DNA from: Dehalococcoidia bacterium
GTDB taxonomy: Bacteria > Chloroflexota > Dehalococcoidia > UBA6926
Direction of reading: 5' to 3'
DNA: 64,000 bases
Assembly: GCA_963666115.2 (NCBI GenBank)
Contig: CAXXET010000004.1
Span: 448,001-512,000, forward strand
The notes below the pieces were generated by a model that worked only from the letters and a program-made list of their open reading frames with translations, made no database searches and was not told the DNA's origin. Positions 31,165 through 40,059 of this stretch are shown piece by piece. Both the position numbers and the translations under genes were made by a program. Positions within the stretch are counted from its first letter, which is position 1, and every line of letters begins with the position of its first letter.

Positions 31165-32376
31165 ATGGCGGAACCAACACGAAGCTTCCTGACCTACCAG
31201 GGCATCCCTGTCTGGCGCCACGCGGTCATCATCAAGTGGGCGCTGCAGATGGTATCGGCTGTCGCCGTCGTCACGCTGGTCTTCTGGTTCTTCTCCAACA
31301 TCGCGTTCGCGATCAATGACCGCGAGATTCCCTTCGGGTTCTCGTTCCTGAGCCGCGCGTACGGCACGCCGGTTCCGGAGCACGTGCTGCCGTATGAATC
31401 GACGGACAGCTACGGCTACGCCCTTATCGTCGCCGCCGTCAACACAATCGTGTTGGCAATTGCGGGCGTGATCCTGGCAATTCTTCTCGGCACGCTCATC
31501 GGCATTGCGCGCATCTCCTCCAACTGGCTGGTCTCGCGCCTCGCCCTCGCCTACGTGGAGTTCTTCCGCAACGTGCCGCTGCTGGTGCAGCTTCTTTTCT
31601 TCTTCTACTTCATCCTGCTCCTGCCGCCGCTTGCGGAGAGCTACAACCCGTTCGGCGTCATGTACATCAACAACGCGGGCTTTGCCGTGCCGTCGCCCAT
31701 GCCCGCGGGCGAAACGGCATTCGCGATTGCGTGGGGCGTCGTGGCACTGGTCGGCATCGCGGCGGGGTTCGCTGCGCACAGGTCCCTCTCACGGCGGGAG
31801 ACGCTGACGGGGCGGGTGTCCTATCCGTTGACGGCGGGCATCGCTGTGGCCGCCGGCATCGCGTTTGCAGCGTGGCTCGCGATTTGGGCGCTCGCCGGGG
31901 AGGCGCCGCTTGCAATCAGCACGCCCGAGCCCGAGGGGCGATTCGGCAGGATCGAGGGCGGTCTGCGCGTCCGGTCCGGGGCGATCGTGATGCTGATCGG
32001 GCTGGTCATGTACACGGCGTCGTTCATTGCGGAGATCGTGCGGGCGGGCATCCAGTCCGTGGGGCGGGGCCAAACGGAGGCGGCGTCCGCGCTGGGCCTC
32101 AGGCCGGTCGGCGTGCTCCGCAACATCACGTTCCCGCAGGCGCTGCGGGTCATCGTTCCCCCGCTCATCAGCCAGTGCCTGAACCTGACGAAGAACAGCA
32201 GCCTGGCGGCGGCAATCGGCTTTGCCGACCTGACGAACGTGGCGATTACGATGACGCAGACCGCGCCCGCGATCTCCATCTTCCTGATCATCATGCTGGC
32301 GTACCTGCTGATGAGCCTGGCGTGGTCGGCGGTGGGCAACCTGTACAACTGGCGCACGCGGATAGTGGGGACGTAG
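31165..32376 (+). CDS. aapQ: Amino acid ABC transporter permease (AapQ-like)
   Basis: YVEFFRNVPLLVQL, AEIVRAGI, LTKNSSLA. Confidence 0.86.
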   Translation: MAEPTRSFLTYQGIPVWRHAVIIKWALQMVSAVAVVTLVFWFFSNIAFAINDREIPFGFSFLSRAYGTPVPEHVLPYESTDSYGYALIVAAVNTIVLAIAGVILAILLGTLIGIARISSNWLVSRLALAYVEFFRNVPLLVQLLFFFYFILLLPPLAESYNPFGVMYINNAGFAVPSPMPAGETAFAIAWGVVALVGIAAGFAAHRSLSRRETLTGRVSYPLTAGIAVAAGIAFAAWLAIWALAGEAPLAISTPEPEGRFGRIEGGLRVRSGAIVMLIGLVMYTASFIAEIVRAGIQSVGRGQTEAASALGLRPVGVLRNITFPQALRVIVPPLISQCLNLTKNSSLAAAIGFADLTNVAITMTQTAPAISIFLIIMLAYLLMSLAWSAVGNLYNWRTRIVGT

Positions 32377-32379
32377 ACG

Positions 32380-33639
32380 ATGGCGACCGCACGAATGACA
32401 CCTGGCGCGGACCTGCCTCCGCCGCGCATGACGACGGGGCCGGCCGGCTGGGCCAGGGCTAACCTGTTCAGCTCGCCAGGCAACAGCGCCACGACCATCC
32501 TCGTGGGAGCGGTGAGCCTGTACCTGATCTGGCAGTTCCTGGGGTGGGCGCTTGGCCCGGCGGACTGGTCTGTCATCCCGACGCTGGGCGGCACGCTCAT
32601 CATCGGCCAGTACAACTCGGAGACGGTGTGCCCCTCGCAGGACTGCTTCTGGCGCCCGCAGGTGTCACTGCTCATCGGGGTGACGTTCTTCGGCATCCTG
32701 TGGGCAGTGGCGGCGACGGCGCTGGTGCGGGGCGTGGCGCTGACGGTGGCGTTCGTCTCGGCGGGAATGGCGTTGATGCCCCTGCCCTTCAGCGAGATGG
32801 GCATGGACGTGCGGCTGCTGCTACTGCTGAACATCCCCGCCGTCTTCCTGGGCTACTGGCTGGGCAAGCACACGCCGGTCAGTTCCACCAGGAACCTGAT
32901 CATCATCGCGTTTGCCGGTTTCCTGTTGGTATACATCCTGTTGGGCGGCACAGTTTTCGGTTTCTTCGACGTTCCCGGTCTCCAGGTTGTGCCGTCGCGG
33001 TACTGGGGCGGGTTGACGCTGAACCTGCTGCTGGCGGCGGGCGGCATCACGGCAAGCCTGCCGCTCGGCATCCTCCTGGCGCTTGGGCGGCGCAGCAACC
33101 TGCCGTTCGTCAAGTTCACGTGCGTGGGCGTCATCGAGTTCTTCCGGGGCGTGCCGCTCATCACCCTGCTCTTCATGTCGCAGACGCTCCTGCCGCTGGC
33201 ATTCCCGCGCGATTTCCCGCTGGACGAGGTGATGCGGGCGGGAATCGTCATCACCGTGTTCAGCTCCGCGTACATGGCGGAGAACATCCGGGGCGGGCTG
33301 CAAAGCCTGCACCGGGGGCAGACGGAGGCGGCGCGCGCGCTGGGCATGCCGCCGTGGAACACGACGATCTTCATCACGCTGCCGCAGGCGCTCCGCAACG
33401 TGGTGCCGGCCATCGTCGGGCAGTTCATCAGCCTGTTCAAGGACACGACGCTGGTCTTCATCATCGGTATGTTCGACATCCTGCAGATCGGAAACTCGTT
33501 CATCGGCAGCAACCGGGAGTTCCTGGACAACAGCCGCGAGCTCTTCCTGTTCATCGCGCTGGTCTTCTGGACGATCAATTACGGCATGTCATACGTGAGC
33601 CGGCGGGTTGAAGAGACCCTCGGCGTGGGACGCAGGTAG
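32380..33639 (+). CDS. aapM: Amino acid ABC transporter permease (AapM-like)
   Basis: [33 protein letters not shown]. Confidence 0.86.
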   Translation: MATARMTPGADLPPPRMTTGPAGWARANLFSSPGNSATTILVGAVSLYLIWQFLGWALGPADWSVIPTLGGTLIIGQYNSETVCPSQDCFWRPQVSLLIGVTFFGILWAVAATALVRGVALTVAFVSAGMALMPLPFSEMGMDVRLLLLLNIPAVFLGYWLGKHTPVSSTRNLIIIAFAGFLLVYILLGGTVFGFFDVPGLQVVPSRYWGGLTLNLLLAAGGITASLPLGILLALGRRSNLPFVKFTCVGVIEFFRGVPLITLLFMSQTLLPLAFPRDFPLDEVMRAGIVITVFSSAYMAENIRGGLQSLHRGQTEAARALGMPPWNTTIFITLPQALRNVVPAIVGQFISLFKDTTLVFIIGMFDILQIGNSFIGSNREFLDNSRELFLFIALVFWTINYGMSYVSRRVEETLGVGRR

Positions 33640-33673
33640 GCGCGGCGACGCCGGCGAGAGGGAGGCGAGACAG

Positions 33674-34444
33674 ATGACCACCAACGGGGACGCGCAGGCG
33701 AACGGCGAGGTTGAGGACATCATCATCGCGCGCGACGTGCATAAGTGGTTCGGCTCGTTCCATGCCCTGCGCGGGGTGTCCACGACGGTGAAACGCGCGG
33801 AAATCGTCGTCATCCTCGGCCCGTCCGGCTCGGGAAAGTCGACGTTCATCCGCACGATCAACCGGCTGGAGGAGCACCAGCGCGGCGAGATCATCGTGGA
33901 CGGCATCACGCTCTCGAACGACATCCGCAACATCGACGCCATTCGCAGCGAGGTGGGGATGGTGTTCCAGTCGTTCAACCTGTTCCCACACCTGACGGTG
34001 CTGAACAACATCACGCTCGCGCCGATGAAGGTGCGGCACACGCCGCGCGCGGAGGCGGAGGAGACGGCGATGGGCCTGCTGGAGCGCGTGGGCATCCCAG
34101 AGCAGGCGCTGAAGTACCCGGCGGAGTTGTCCGGCGGCCAGCAGCAGCGCGTGGCGATTGCGCGGGCGCTGGCGATGCAGCCGCGGATCATGCTGTTCGA
34201 TGAGCCGACGTCCGCGCTCGATCCGGAGATGATCAAGGACGTGCTGGACGTGATGCGGGAACTGGCGCACTCCGGCATGACGATGCTGGTGGTGACGCAC
34301 GAGGTGGGGTTCGCGCGGGAGGTGGCGGACCGGGTGATCATGTTCGATGAGGGCATGATCGCGGAAGAAGGCCCGCCCAACGAGTTCTTCACCAACCCGA
34401 AGAGTGAGCGGGCGAAGCTGTTTTTGTCACAGATTTTGCACTGA
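33674..34444 (+). CDS. aapP: Amino acid ABC transporter ATPase (AapP/GlnQ-like)
   Basis: [27 protein letters not shown]. Confidence 0.9.
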   Translation: MTTNGDAQANGEVEDIIIARDVHKWFGSFHALRGVSTTVKRAEIVVILGPSGSGKSTFIRTINRLEEHQRGEIIVDGITLSNDIRNIDAIRSEVGMVFQSFNLFPHLTVLNNITLAPMKVRHTPRAEAEETAMGLLERVGIPEQALKYPAELSGGQQQRVAIARALAMQPRIMLFDEPTSALDPEMIKDVLDVMRELAHSGMTMLVVTHEVGFAREVADRVIMFDEGMIAEEGPPNEFFTNPKSERAKLFLSQILH

Positions 34445-34508
34445 GGGGGGGACGCAACTCCCTATACCTTTCCAGGGTTTGCCCAAGACAACGGGTTCCC
34501 GCGACCTA

Positions 34509-34555
34509 TTGACACGTTCAGGTCGAGAGGGTAAGATATTCTTACCATTGGTAAG
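34509..34555 (+). promoter_or_regulatory. sigma70-type promoter with overlapping palindromic operators
   Basis: TTGACA(34509)-17 nt-TAAGAT(34532); inverted repeats GGTAAGA-TAT-TCTTACC (34530-34546) and CTTACCA-T-TGGTAAG (34541-34555). Confidence 0.75.
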
Positions 34556-34564
34556 GACGTGCTC

Positions 34565-34858
34565 ATGGACAAGCAAGAAATCGTCAGCAAAGTAATCGAG
34601 ACTGTGGCCGATGTGCAGACAGTCGGTGGACGGCCCAGCGCAGGCATAGATGCATCTACGTGCCCGATCGGAGGAGTAGAGGGCTTCGACAGCCTCAATG
34701 GAGTGGAGGCAACCGTCATGCTCTCGGGGGCCTTCGGGGTTGATCTGCCTGATGACTATAACCCTTTCGTCTCCAACGACGGGAGGCGAGCGCTGACGAT
34801 TAGTGAGATTGCTGACAGTCTGAGTGCCTACCTGAAGCCGGAGGTTGTATCCAGATGA
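34565..34858 (+). CDS. Acyl-carrier-protein-like protein
   Basis: About 97 aa, acidic, GFDSL phosphopantetheine-site motif, C-terminal TISEIAD helix; ATG 34565 (GTG 34559 alternative). Confidence 0.7.
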   Translation: MDKQEIVSKVIETVADVQTVGGRPSAGIDASTCPIGGVEGFDSLNGVEATVMLSGAFGVDLPDDYNPFVSNDGRRALTISEIADSLSAYLKPEVVSR

Positions 34859-35208
34859 CAGAACACGAGGAGCAGCGGAAGGCGGTCGCGTCTCGCCTGC
34901 GTCTGTCCAGGGAGTTGGCTGGCTTGACCCAGAGTCAGGTAGCCAAGAGCTTGGGTTGGCACCGTCCGACGATCTCCGAAATTGAGGCCGGACGTAGAAG
35001 AGTGTCCGCGGAAGAACTCTCCGCATTGGCCGCAATGTATGGGGTGAATATCCCTTGGATTGTGGGCGAACAGGGCGAAGGTTCGAATCCCGCCGTCGAC
35101 CGAGTGAAGCTGGCAGCGAGGGAGTTGAGCAAATTGCGAGAGGAAGATCTAGATCGGGTCATCCAGGTTGTCCAAGCACTACGCACATCGAGGAGTGACA
35201 CCGAGTGA
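34855..35208 (+). CDS. XRE-family HTH transcriptional regulator (ImmR/CapH-like)
   Basis: RLRLSRELAGLTQSQVA..TISEIEAGRRRV; ATGA overlap with upstream gene. Confidence 0.9.
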   Translation: MTEHEEQRKAVASRLRLSRELAGLTQSQVAKSLGWHRPTISEIEAGRRRVSAEELSALAAMYGVNIPWIVGEQGEGSNPAVDRVKLAARELSKLREEDLDRVIQVVQALRTSRSDTE

Positions 35209-36065
35209 ACAGTCAGCGGGCAATAGCCCGGCAAGCGATGGCAGCCGCTCTTCGTACCCGGCTTTCTGCCGGCTACGGCCTCGACCATGCCGTCTGCATT
35301 TACGATGTCGCCGAGAAGCTCGGCGTTGGCGTTCGTTTTCTTGACCTCCCCAGCATGGAGGGCATGTATTTGTCTAACCCAGTTCCGACTATCTTCGTCT
35401 CGTCATTGCGCCCAGCAGGCCGCCAAACATTTACTTGCGCCCACGAACTGGGGCACCACAGCCGGAGCGATGGAGCAGAGATTGATGAGCTAATCGATCA
35501 ACAGGACAGAACCAGTCGAAACCCCAGGGAATTCGCTGCGGACTGCTATGCAGGCGCGCTTCTAATGCCAAAGATGGCCGTTTCCAAGGCGTTTGCGGTC
35601 CGAGGATGGGCCATGGAGGAGTGCACTCCTGAACAAGCCTACATGGTCGCAAGCTACTTCGGCGTAGGATACGCAACGCTGGTACACCACATGAGAAGCG
35701 CACTCCATCTTCTACCAGATACAAGGGCGCAGGCGCTGCTGAAGATGAATCCTCGCAAGGCACAGGCCCTTTTCTTGGGATGGCAGACTCCGGACACGGT
35801 TATAGCGGTGGACGCGCACTGGATTGGAAGACCCATCGATGCGGAAGTGGGCGACCTCATATTTGTCGAAGGCGGAGCGGAGGTGGATGGCACCTGCATT
35901 GAACTGTCTTCAGACGTGGCCCACGGGCGCGTCTTCCGCGCAACCAAGCCTGGAATTGGGCGCCTGGAATGTGGTGCCGCTTGGTCCGCATTCGTGCGAG
36001 TCTCCCGACGCGCCTATGTTGGGCGGGCTCTGTACCGGCACTGGGAAGAGGTAGAGGATGAATAG
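35205..36065 (+). CDS. ImmA/IrrE-family Zn metallopeptidase (CapP-like) with C-terminal extension
   Basis: RQTFTCAHELGHH (HExxH), EFAADCYAGALLMP; GTGA overlap. Confidence 0.88.
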   Translation: MNSQRAIARQAMAAALRTRLSAGYGLDHAVCIYDVAEKLGVGVRFLDLPSMEGMYLSNPVPTIFVSSLRPAGRQTFTCAHELGHHSRSDGAEIDELIDQQDRTSRNPREFAADCYAGALLMPKMAVSKAFAVRGWAMEECTPEQAYMVASYFGVGYATLVHHMRSALHLLPDTRAQALLKMNPRKAQALFLGWQTPDTVIAVDAHWIGRPIDAEVGDLIFVEGGAEVDGTCIELSSDVAHGRVFRATKPGIGRLECGAAWSAFVRVSRRAYVGRALYRHWEEVEDE

Positions 36066-36831
36066 GCCCCTTATGATAGAAGAAGACAATCTGTCAGTTG
36101 CTTGGGCGAAGGCACTTCTCGGGGTAGTGAAGGAGAACGAACTTTCGCCCCTTACGGTAGTCATCCGGGGATTCGACGGTGGAAGGCCCCCGGAAGTGGA
36201 AGCGATACGCCAGCTCCTTGATGGTGCGCTTGCTGCGGATGCAAAGGGACTATCTTGTAATGAGGTCGCCAACACTTTGTTCCCTGACTCGCTCTGGAAC
36301 CCACGCGCCGACCGTCAGCAACTCTACGAGAGGTACCGACGGATCATGCCGCGTGTGCTGAAGAACCGTCGCAACAGGTATGGGGTCTATTTCCAGCGCC
36401 TTATGTCCTATGGCCAAGACTCCGCCTACGAGGGCGGCATAAACCAATTGGAGCAGATCATCCAAACGTGGCATGCCGGCAATCACCGCAGATCCGCATT
36501 GCAGGCAGCGATTTTTGACCCCAGGAAGGACAACATCAATCAGCCTAGGAGAGGCTTTCCCTGCCTGCAACAGGTCGCATTTGCACAGGAAGGTTCCGAC
36601 GGACTGATGGTCACAGGATTCTATGCCACGCAGTTCATCTTTGAACGGGCGTACGGAAACTATCTGGGGTTGTACCGCCTCGGCCGTTTCATGGCCCAAG
36701 AAATGGGCAGGAAACTTAGCGGGGTGGTTTGCGTGGCCAGTCCAGCAAAACGCGACAGGACTAAAGGTTATCTTGGGGAAGTGGCACGTGGTGTCGAGGG
36801 AATCTTGAAGGACTTGCGGGAGGACAGGTGA
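36058..36831 (+). CDS. Divergent thymidylate-synthase-fold protein
   Basis: YFQRL..NQLEQII, AIFDP, FPCLQ (catalytic Cys position), RAYGNYLGL; lacks RSxD and HxY. Confidence 0.68.
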   Translation: MNRPLMIEEDNLSVAWAKALLGVVKENELSPLTVVIRGFDGGRPPEVEAIRQLLDGALAADAKGLSCNEVANTLFPDSLWNPRADRQQLYERYRRIMPRVLKNRRNRYGVYFQRLMSYGQDSAYEGGINQLEQIIQTWHAGNHRRSALQAAIFDPRKDNINQPRRGFPCLQQVAFAQEGSDGLMVTGFYATQFIFERAYGNYLGLYRLGRFMAQEMGRKLSGVVCVASPAKRDRTKGYLGEVARGVEGILKDLREDR

Positions 36832-38525
36832 CAGAGCAAGAAGCTCTGGGTAGGCTCATCGTCTTTGAGGGGCCGGATGGCGTGGGCAAGAGCACCCTAG
36901 CGCAACAACTCACGAACCGCCTGGGTGAGGCGGGCGTTCCTTGTAGATACTGGGCGTTTCCTGGGAGGCAGTACGGCTCTCTGGGCCGTCTGGTGTATGA
37001 CCTGCACCACGACCCTCCGAGCCTTGGCCTCAGCAAAGTCAATGAAACTAGTCTTCAAGTCCTGCACATTGCAGCCCATGTGGACGCGGTAGAAAGAGAG
37101 ATACTGCCCGCCCTTCATGCAGGGACATGGGTAGTCCTGGATCGGTTCTGGTGGTCCACTTGGGTCTATGGTGCAGCGTACGGAGTCCCGGAGCAATCTT
37201 TGCAGGCGATGATCCACCTAGAGGAACTCCATTGGGGATCATTCAAGCCGGACGTGGTGTTTTTGGTTGAGCGCGAGCATGGAATCCCGGATGATGGCGG
37301 GAAACAACACAGTCAGATATTGGACGGCTATCGTCAACTTGCGAGTCGTGAACGACTTCGCTCGCGCGTGGAAACGCTCCGCAATGATTCTTCAGTCGAG
37401 GACGCATTAGACGCCGCGTGGAAAACGATAGCGACTGTCGATCAAGGCTTCAGACAGAAAACGGCCGTCGCTGCCGACGCGGAGGAGGCCCTTCAAGCCG
37501 AACTGCCTGACGACAAACGCCGATGGTCGCGAGGTGTGTCGCACCTGTCGCCAGCCAAGCCCACTGCCGTATATGACACGTATTGGCGCTTCGCTGCCGA
37601 GCGGCAAGAGGTCTTCTTCCGCAGACTTGATGGTTCTCCACCTCCCTGGACTAATGACTCCATATTGGCTCGCTTCAAATTCACGAACGCCTACCGCGCC
37701 TCCGACAGGGTTAGCCAGTACCTCATCCGCGACGTCATCTACGCAGGGGCACAGGGCGTTGAGGAGGTTTTCTTCCGAACGTTACTGTTCAAGATGTTCA
37801 ACAGGATTGAGACATGGGAGCTTCTCACGGCTGCCCTTGGCGAGGTCGAATATTCATCGTATTCGTTCGGCGCGTACGATAAGGTTCTCTCCAATGCGCT
37901 CACTAATGGTCGAACCATCTACTCCGCAGCCTACATCATGCCTTCAGTGGGCCGCGTCTTCGGTTATTCCCGAAAGCACCGTAATCATCTCAAGCTTTTG
38001 GAGAGGATGATGGAGGATGGGCTCCCGCACAGGATCGCAAAGGCACTCACCATGCGGGACGCCTTCGAAATGCTGCGGTCCTATCCCTCCATCGGAGATT
38101 TCCTCGCCTATCAGTTCGTAACCGACCTGAACTACAGTGAGATTACCGACTTCTCAGAGATGGAGTTCGTTGTGCCAGGCCCAGGTGCCCTTGACGGCAT
38201 CCGCAAATGCTTCGCTGACCTCGGCGGTTTGACCGAGGCAGACATTATCAGGGTCGTCACTGAACGCCAGGAGGAAGAGTTCGAGCGACTTGGCTTGCGG
38301 TTCCGTGACCTTTGGGGAAGGAGACTTCAGCTCATTGACTGCCAGAACCTCTTTTGTGAGGTCTCGAAGTATGCCCGTGTCAAGCACCCTGCCTCCAGGG
38401 GGGTTGGCAATCGTTCGCGCATAAAGCAAATTTATCGTCCTACAGCGGAGCCGGTCGAATATTGGTACCCACCTAAGTGGGGCATCAACAGCTTAATGCC
38501 TTCTCAAGGAGCCACTGATGTTTAG
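36828..38525 (+). CDS. dTMP-kinase-like P-loop domain fused to a 5-hmdU DNA kinase helical (aGPT-Pplase1-like) domain
   Basis: FEGPDGVGKST, LDRFWWST; C-terminal YWRFAAERQ..PWTNDSIL..KFTNAYRASDRVSQ, HhH-like IGDFLAYQFVTDLNY, GPGA, QNLFCEVSKY. Confidence 0.78.
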   Translation: MTEQEALGRLIVFEGPDGVGKSTLAQQLTNRLGEAGVPCRYWAFPGRQYGSLGRLVYDLHHDPPSLGLSKVNETSLQVLHIAAHVDAVEREILPALHAGTWVVLDRFWWSTWVYGAAYGVPEQSLQAMIHLEELHWGSFKPDVVFLVEREHGIPDDGGKQHSQILDGYRQLASRERLRSRVETLRNDSSVEDALDAAWKTIATVDQGFRQKTAVAADAEEALQAELPDDKRRWSRGVSHLSPAKPTAVYDTYWRFAAERQEVFFRRLDGSPPPWTNDSILARFKFTNAYRASDRVSQYLIRDVIYAGAQGVEEVFFRTLLFKMFNRIETWELLTAALGEVEYSSYSFGAYDKVLSNALTNGRTIYSAAYIMPSVGRVFGYSRKHRNHLKLLERMMEDGLPHRIAKALTMRDAFEMLRSYPSIGDFLAYQFVTDLNYSEITDFSEMEFVVPGPGALDGIRKCFADLGGLTEADIIRVVTERQEEEFERLGLRFRDLWGRRLQLIDCQNLFCEVSKYARVKHPASRGVGNRSRIKQIYRPTAEPVEYWYPPKWGINSLMPSQGATDV

Positions 38526-39525
38526 CTTGTTTGAGGGACAAACGGCAGATCATGTCTGGCAGCAAGTTGTGGAGGCATTCCGGGCGGATGAAGGTGTATT
38601 CGCGCAGCCGAGCAAGGGCGGAGCAACCAGAGAGATGCTACACGCGACCATCACGATAAGTGACCCGCGGCAGCGATGGGTTATATCTCGACAGCCTCCA
38701 CTGAACATCGCCTTCGCCCTCGCCGAGGTCGTCTGGATCATGACTGGTCGTAACGACCTAGCTTTCTTGGAGCCATGGAACAGCAGACTTCCCGACTATG
38801 TGGGAACGGGGCCTGCACTACATGGGGCGTATGGGTACCGGCTCCGCCACCATTTCGGCGTCGATCAACTTGAGAGAGCATATCAGGCACTGAGAGGTAA
38901 CCCAGATTCGCGGCAGGTGGCACTGCAAATCTGGGATTCGTCGATTGACTTGCCGCATTCTGACGGAGCGCCTACTGACAAGGACATTCCCTGCAACGTA
39001 CTTTCGCTTTTGAAGGTACGGGAAGAAAGGCTCGAGTGGCTTCAGGTAATCAGAAGCAACGATCTATTCCGCGGAGCTCCGTACAACTTTGTCCAGTTCA
39101 CTTCTCTCCAAGAGATCATGGCCGGATGGCTCGGAATCGACTGTGGTGCCTACCACCAAGTGAGCGACAGTCTCCACATTTACGACCATGACGAGGAGAG
39201 CGTGCTCACTTCGGCGCCGGTACCGGATCTGCCCTCAAGTACGGATTCGCTTGCTTTGCCAAGGGAGGTGTCGGAGGCCGCATTTGGGAACCTGGCCAAC
39301 CGGATCGAACTCATGATTGCGCCTAATCTCACACACGCTGCCCTGGAGCGAATCATGCTCTGGGATGAAGGAGCGGAATCGTACAGGAATATGTTGGCTG
39401 TTCTTGTCAGCGAAGCGGCTCGCAGGCACAAATGGTGGGACATTTGCGATAAGGCAATGACGACCTGCACTAACCCCCTGTACTACGAGTTGTGGCGTCG
39501 ATGGCTGGACAGGTTCAGCGTATAA
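38518..39525 (+). CDS. Thymidylate synthase / dUMP hydroxymethylase-like enzyme
   Basis: GAYGYR, SRQVALQIWD, KDIPCN, RSNDLFRGAPYN, SLHIY; C-terminal helical extension. Confidence 0.85.
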   Translation: MFSLFEGQTADHVWQQVVEAFRADEGVFAQPSKGGATREMLHATITISDPRQRWVISRQPPLNIAFALAEVVWIMTGRNDLAFLEPWNSRLPDYVGTGPALHGAYGYRLRHHFGVDQLERAYQALRGNPDSRQVALQIWDSSIDLPHSDGAPTDKDIPCNVLSLLKVREERLEWLQVIRSNDLFRGAPYNFVQFTSLQEIMAGWLGIDCGAYHQVSDSLHIYDHDEESVLTSAPVPDLPSSTDSLALPREVSEAAFGNLANRIELMIAPNLTHAALERIMLWDEGAESYRNMLAVLVSEAARRHKWWDICDKAMTTCTNPLYYELWRRWLDRFSV

Positions 39526-39647
39526 TTGCGGCCGGCTGAGCCAGATGAGGATGCTCTCAGATGGGGAGCACCAACTTGAACCCGCCCCGAACGAGCGAGT
39601 TTGTCGTACAGACGGTACCTTGGCGGAACCGGACGATTCGAACCCAT

Positions 39648-39851
39648 TCACGCCCGCCTGTTCCGTTCCGCTGCCGCCTCAATTGCCTCACGGTATGGGC
39701 CTTCGCGCCTGAAGTGGCCGTCTCTACCATAGACGTTGGAGCCATTTACTACTTGGACAGGAGCGGTGCGTGTCCGCCCGTCTGCCTCCACAATCGTTAG
39801 CTCCCATTCTCCACGACGATTGATCGTGAATTCTCTCCTTGTTCCTGGCAT
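39648..39851 (-). CDS. Possible small hypothetical protein (67 aa)
   Basis: MPGTRREFTINRRGEWELTIVEADGR..; purine-rich RBS upstream; no recognisable motif. Confidence 0.35.
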   Translation of the reverse strand: MPGTRREFTINRRGEWELTIVEADGRTRTAPVQVVNGSNVYGRDGHFRREGPYREAIEAAAERNRRA

Positions 39852-39915
39852 CTTTGCGCCCCCCTCATCCATGTGTGCTTGCATTGTACGCGCCTTGTGA
39901 CGAGCGGGTGCGCTG

Positions 39916-39941
39916 GATTCCTGCTTTCGCAGGAATGACGG
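39916..39941. repeat. REP-like palindrome type A variant (GATTCCTGCTTTCGCAGGAATGACGG)
   Basis: Identical copy at 42263-42288; compensatory stem change relative to the 14511 and 58946 copies. Confidence 0.75.
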
Positions 39942-40059
39942 CGGGTTGGTCATTTCCGGGCGCGGGAGCGTCGGGGCTGTTTGGCGGTTTCGTGGCGGGC
40001 GGCGCCTGTAGAGTACAATGTCGCATACGGTTGTCCGGCGCTTGAGGGGAGGACGTTCG

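Noticed and set aside
38518-39525. Housekeeping thyA/tmk annotation for the TS and kinase genes
   Set aside because: Sequences are divergent, fused or extended, and sit in an atypical-composition regulated cassette; gene symbols withheld
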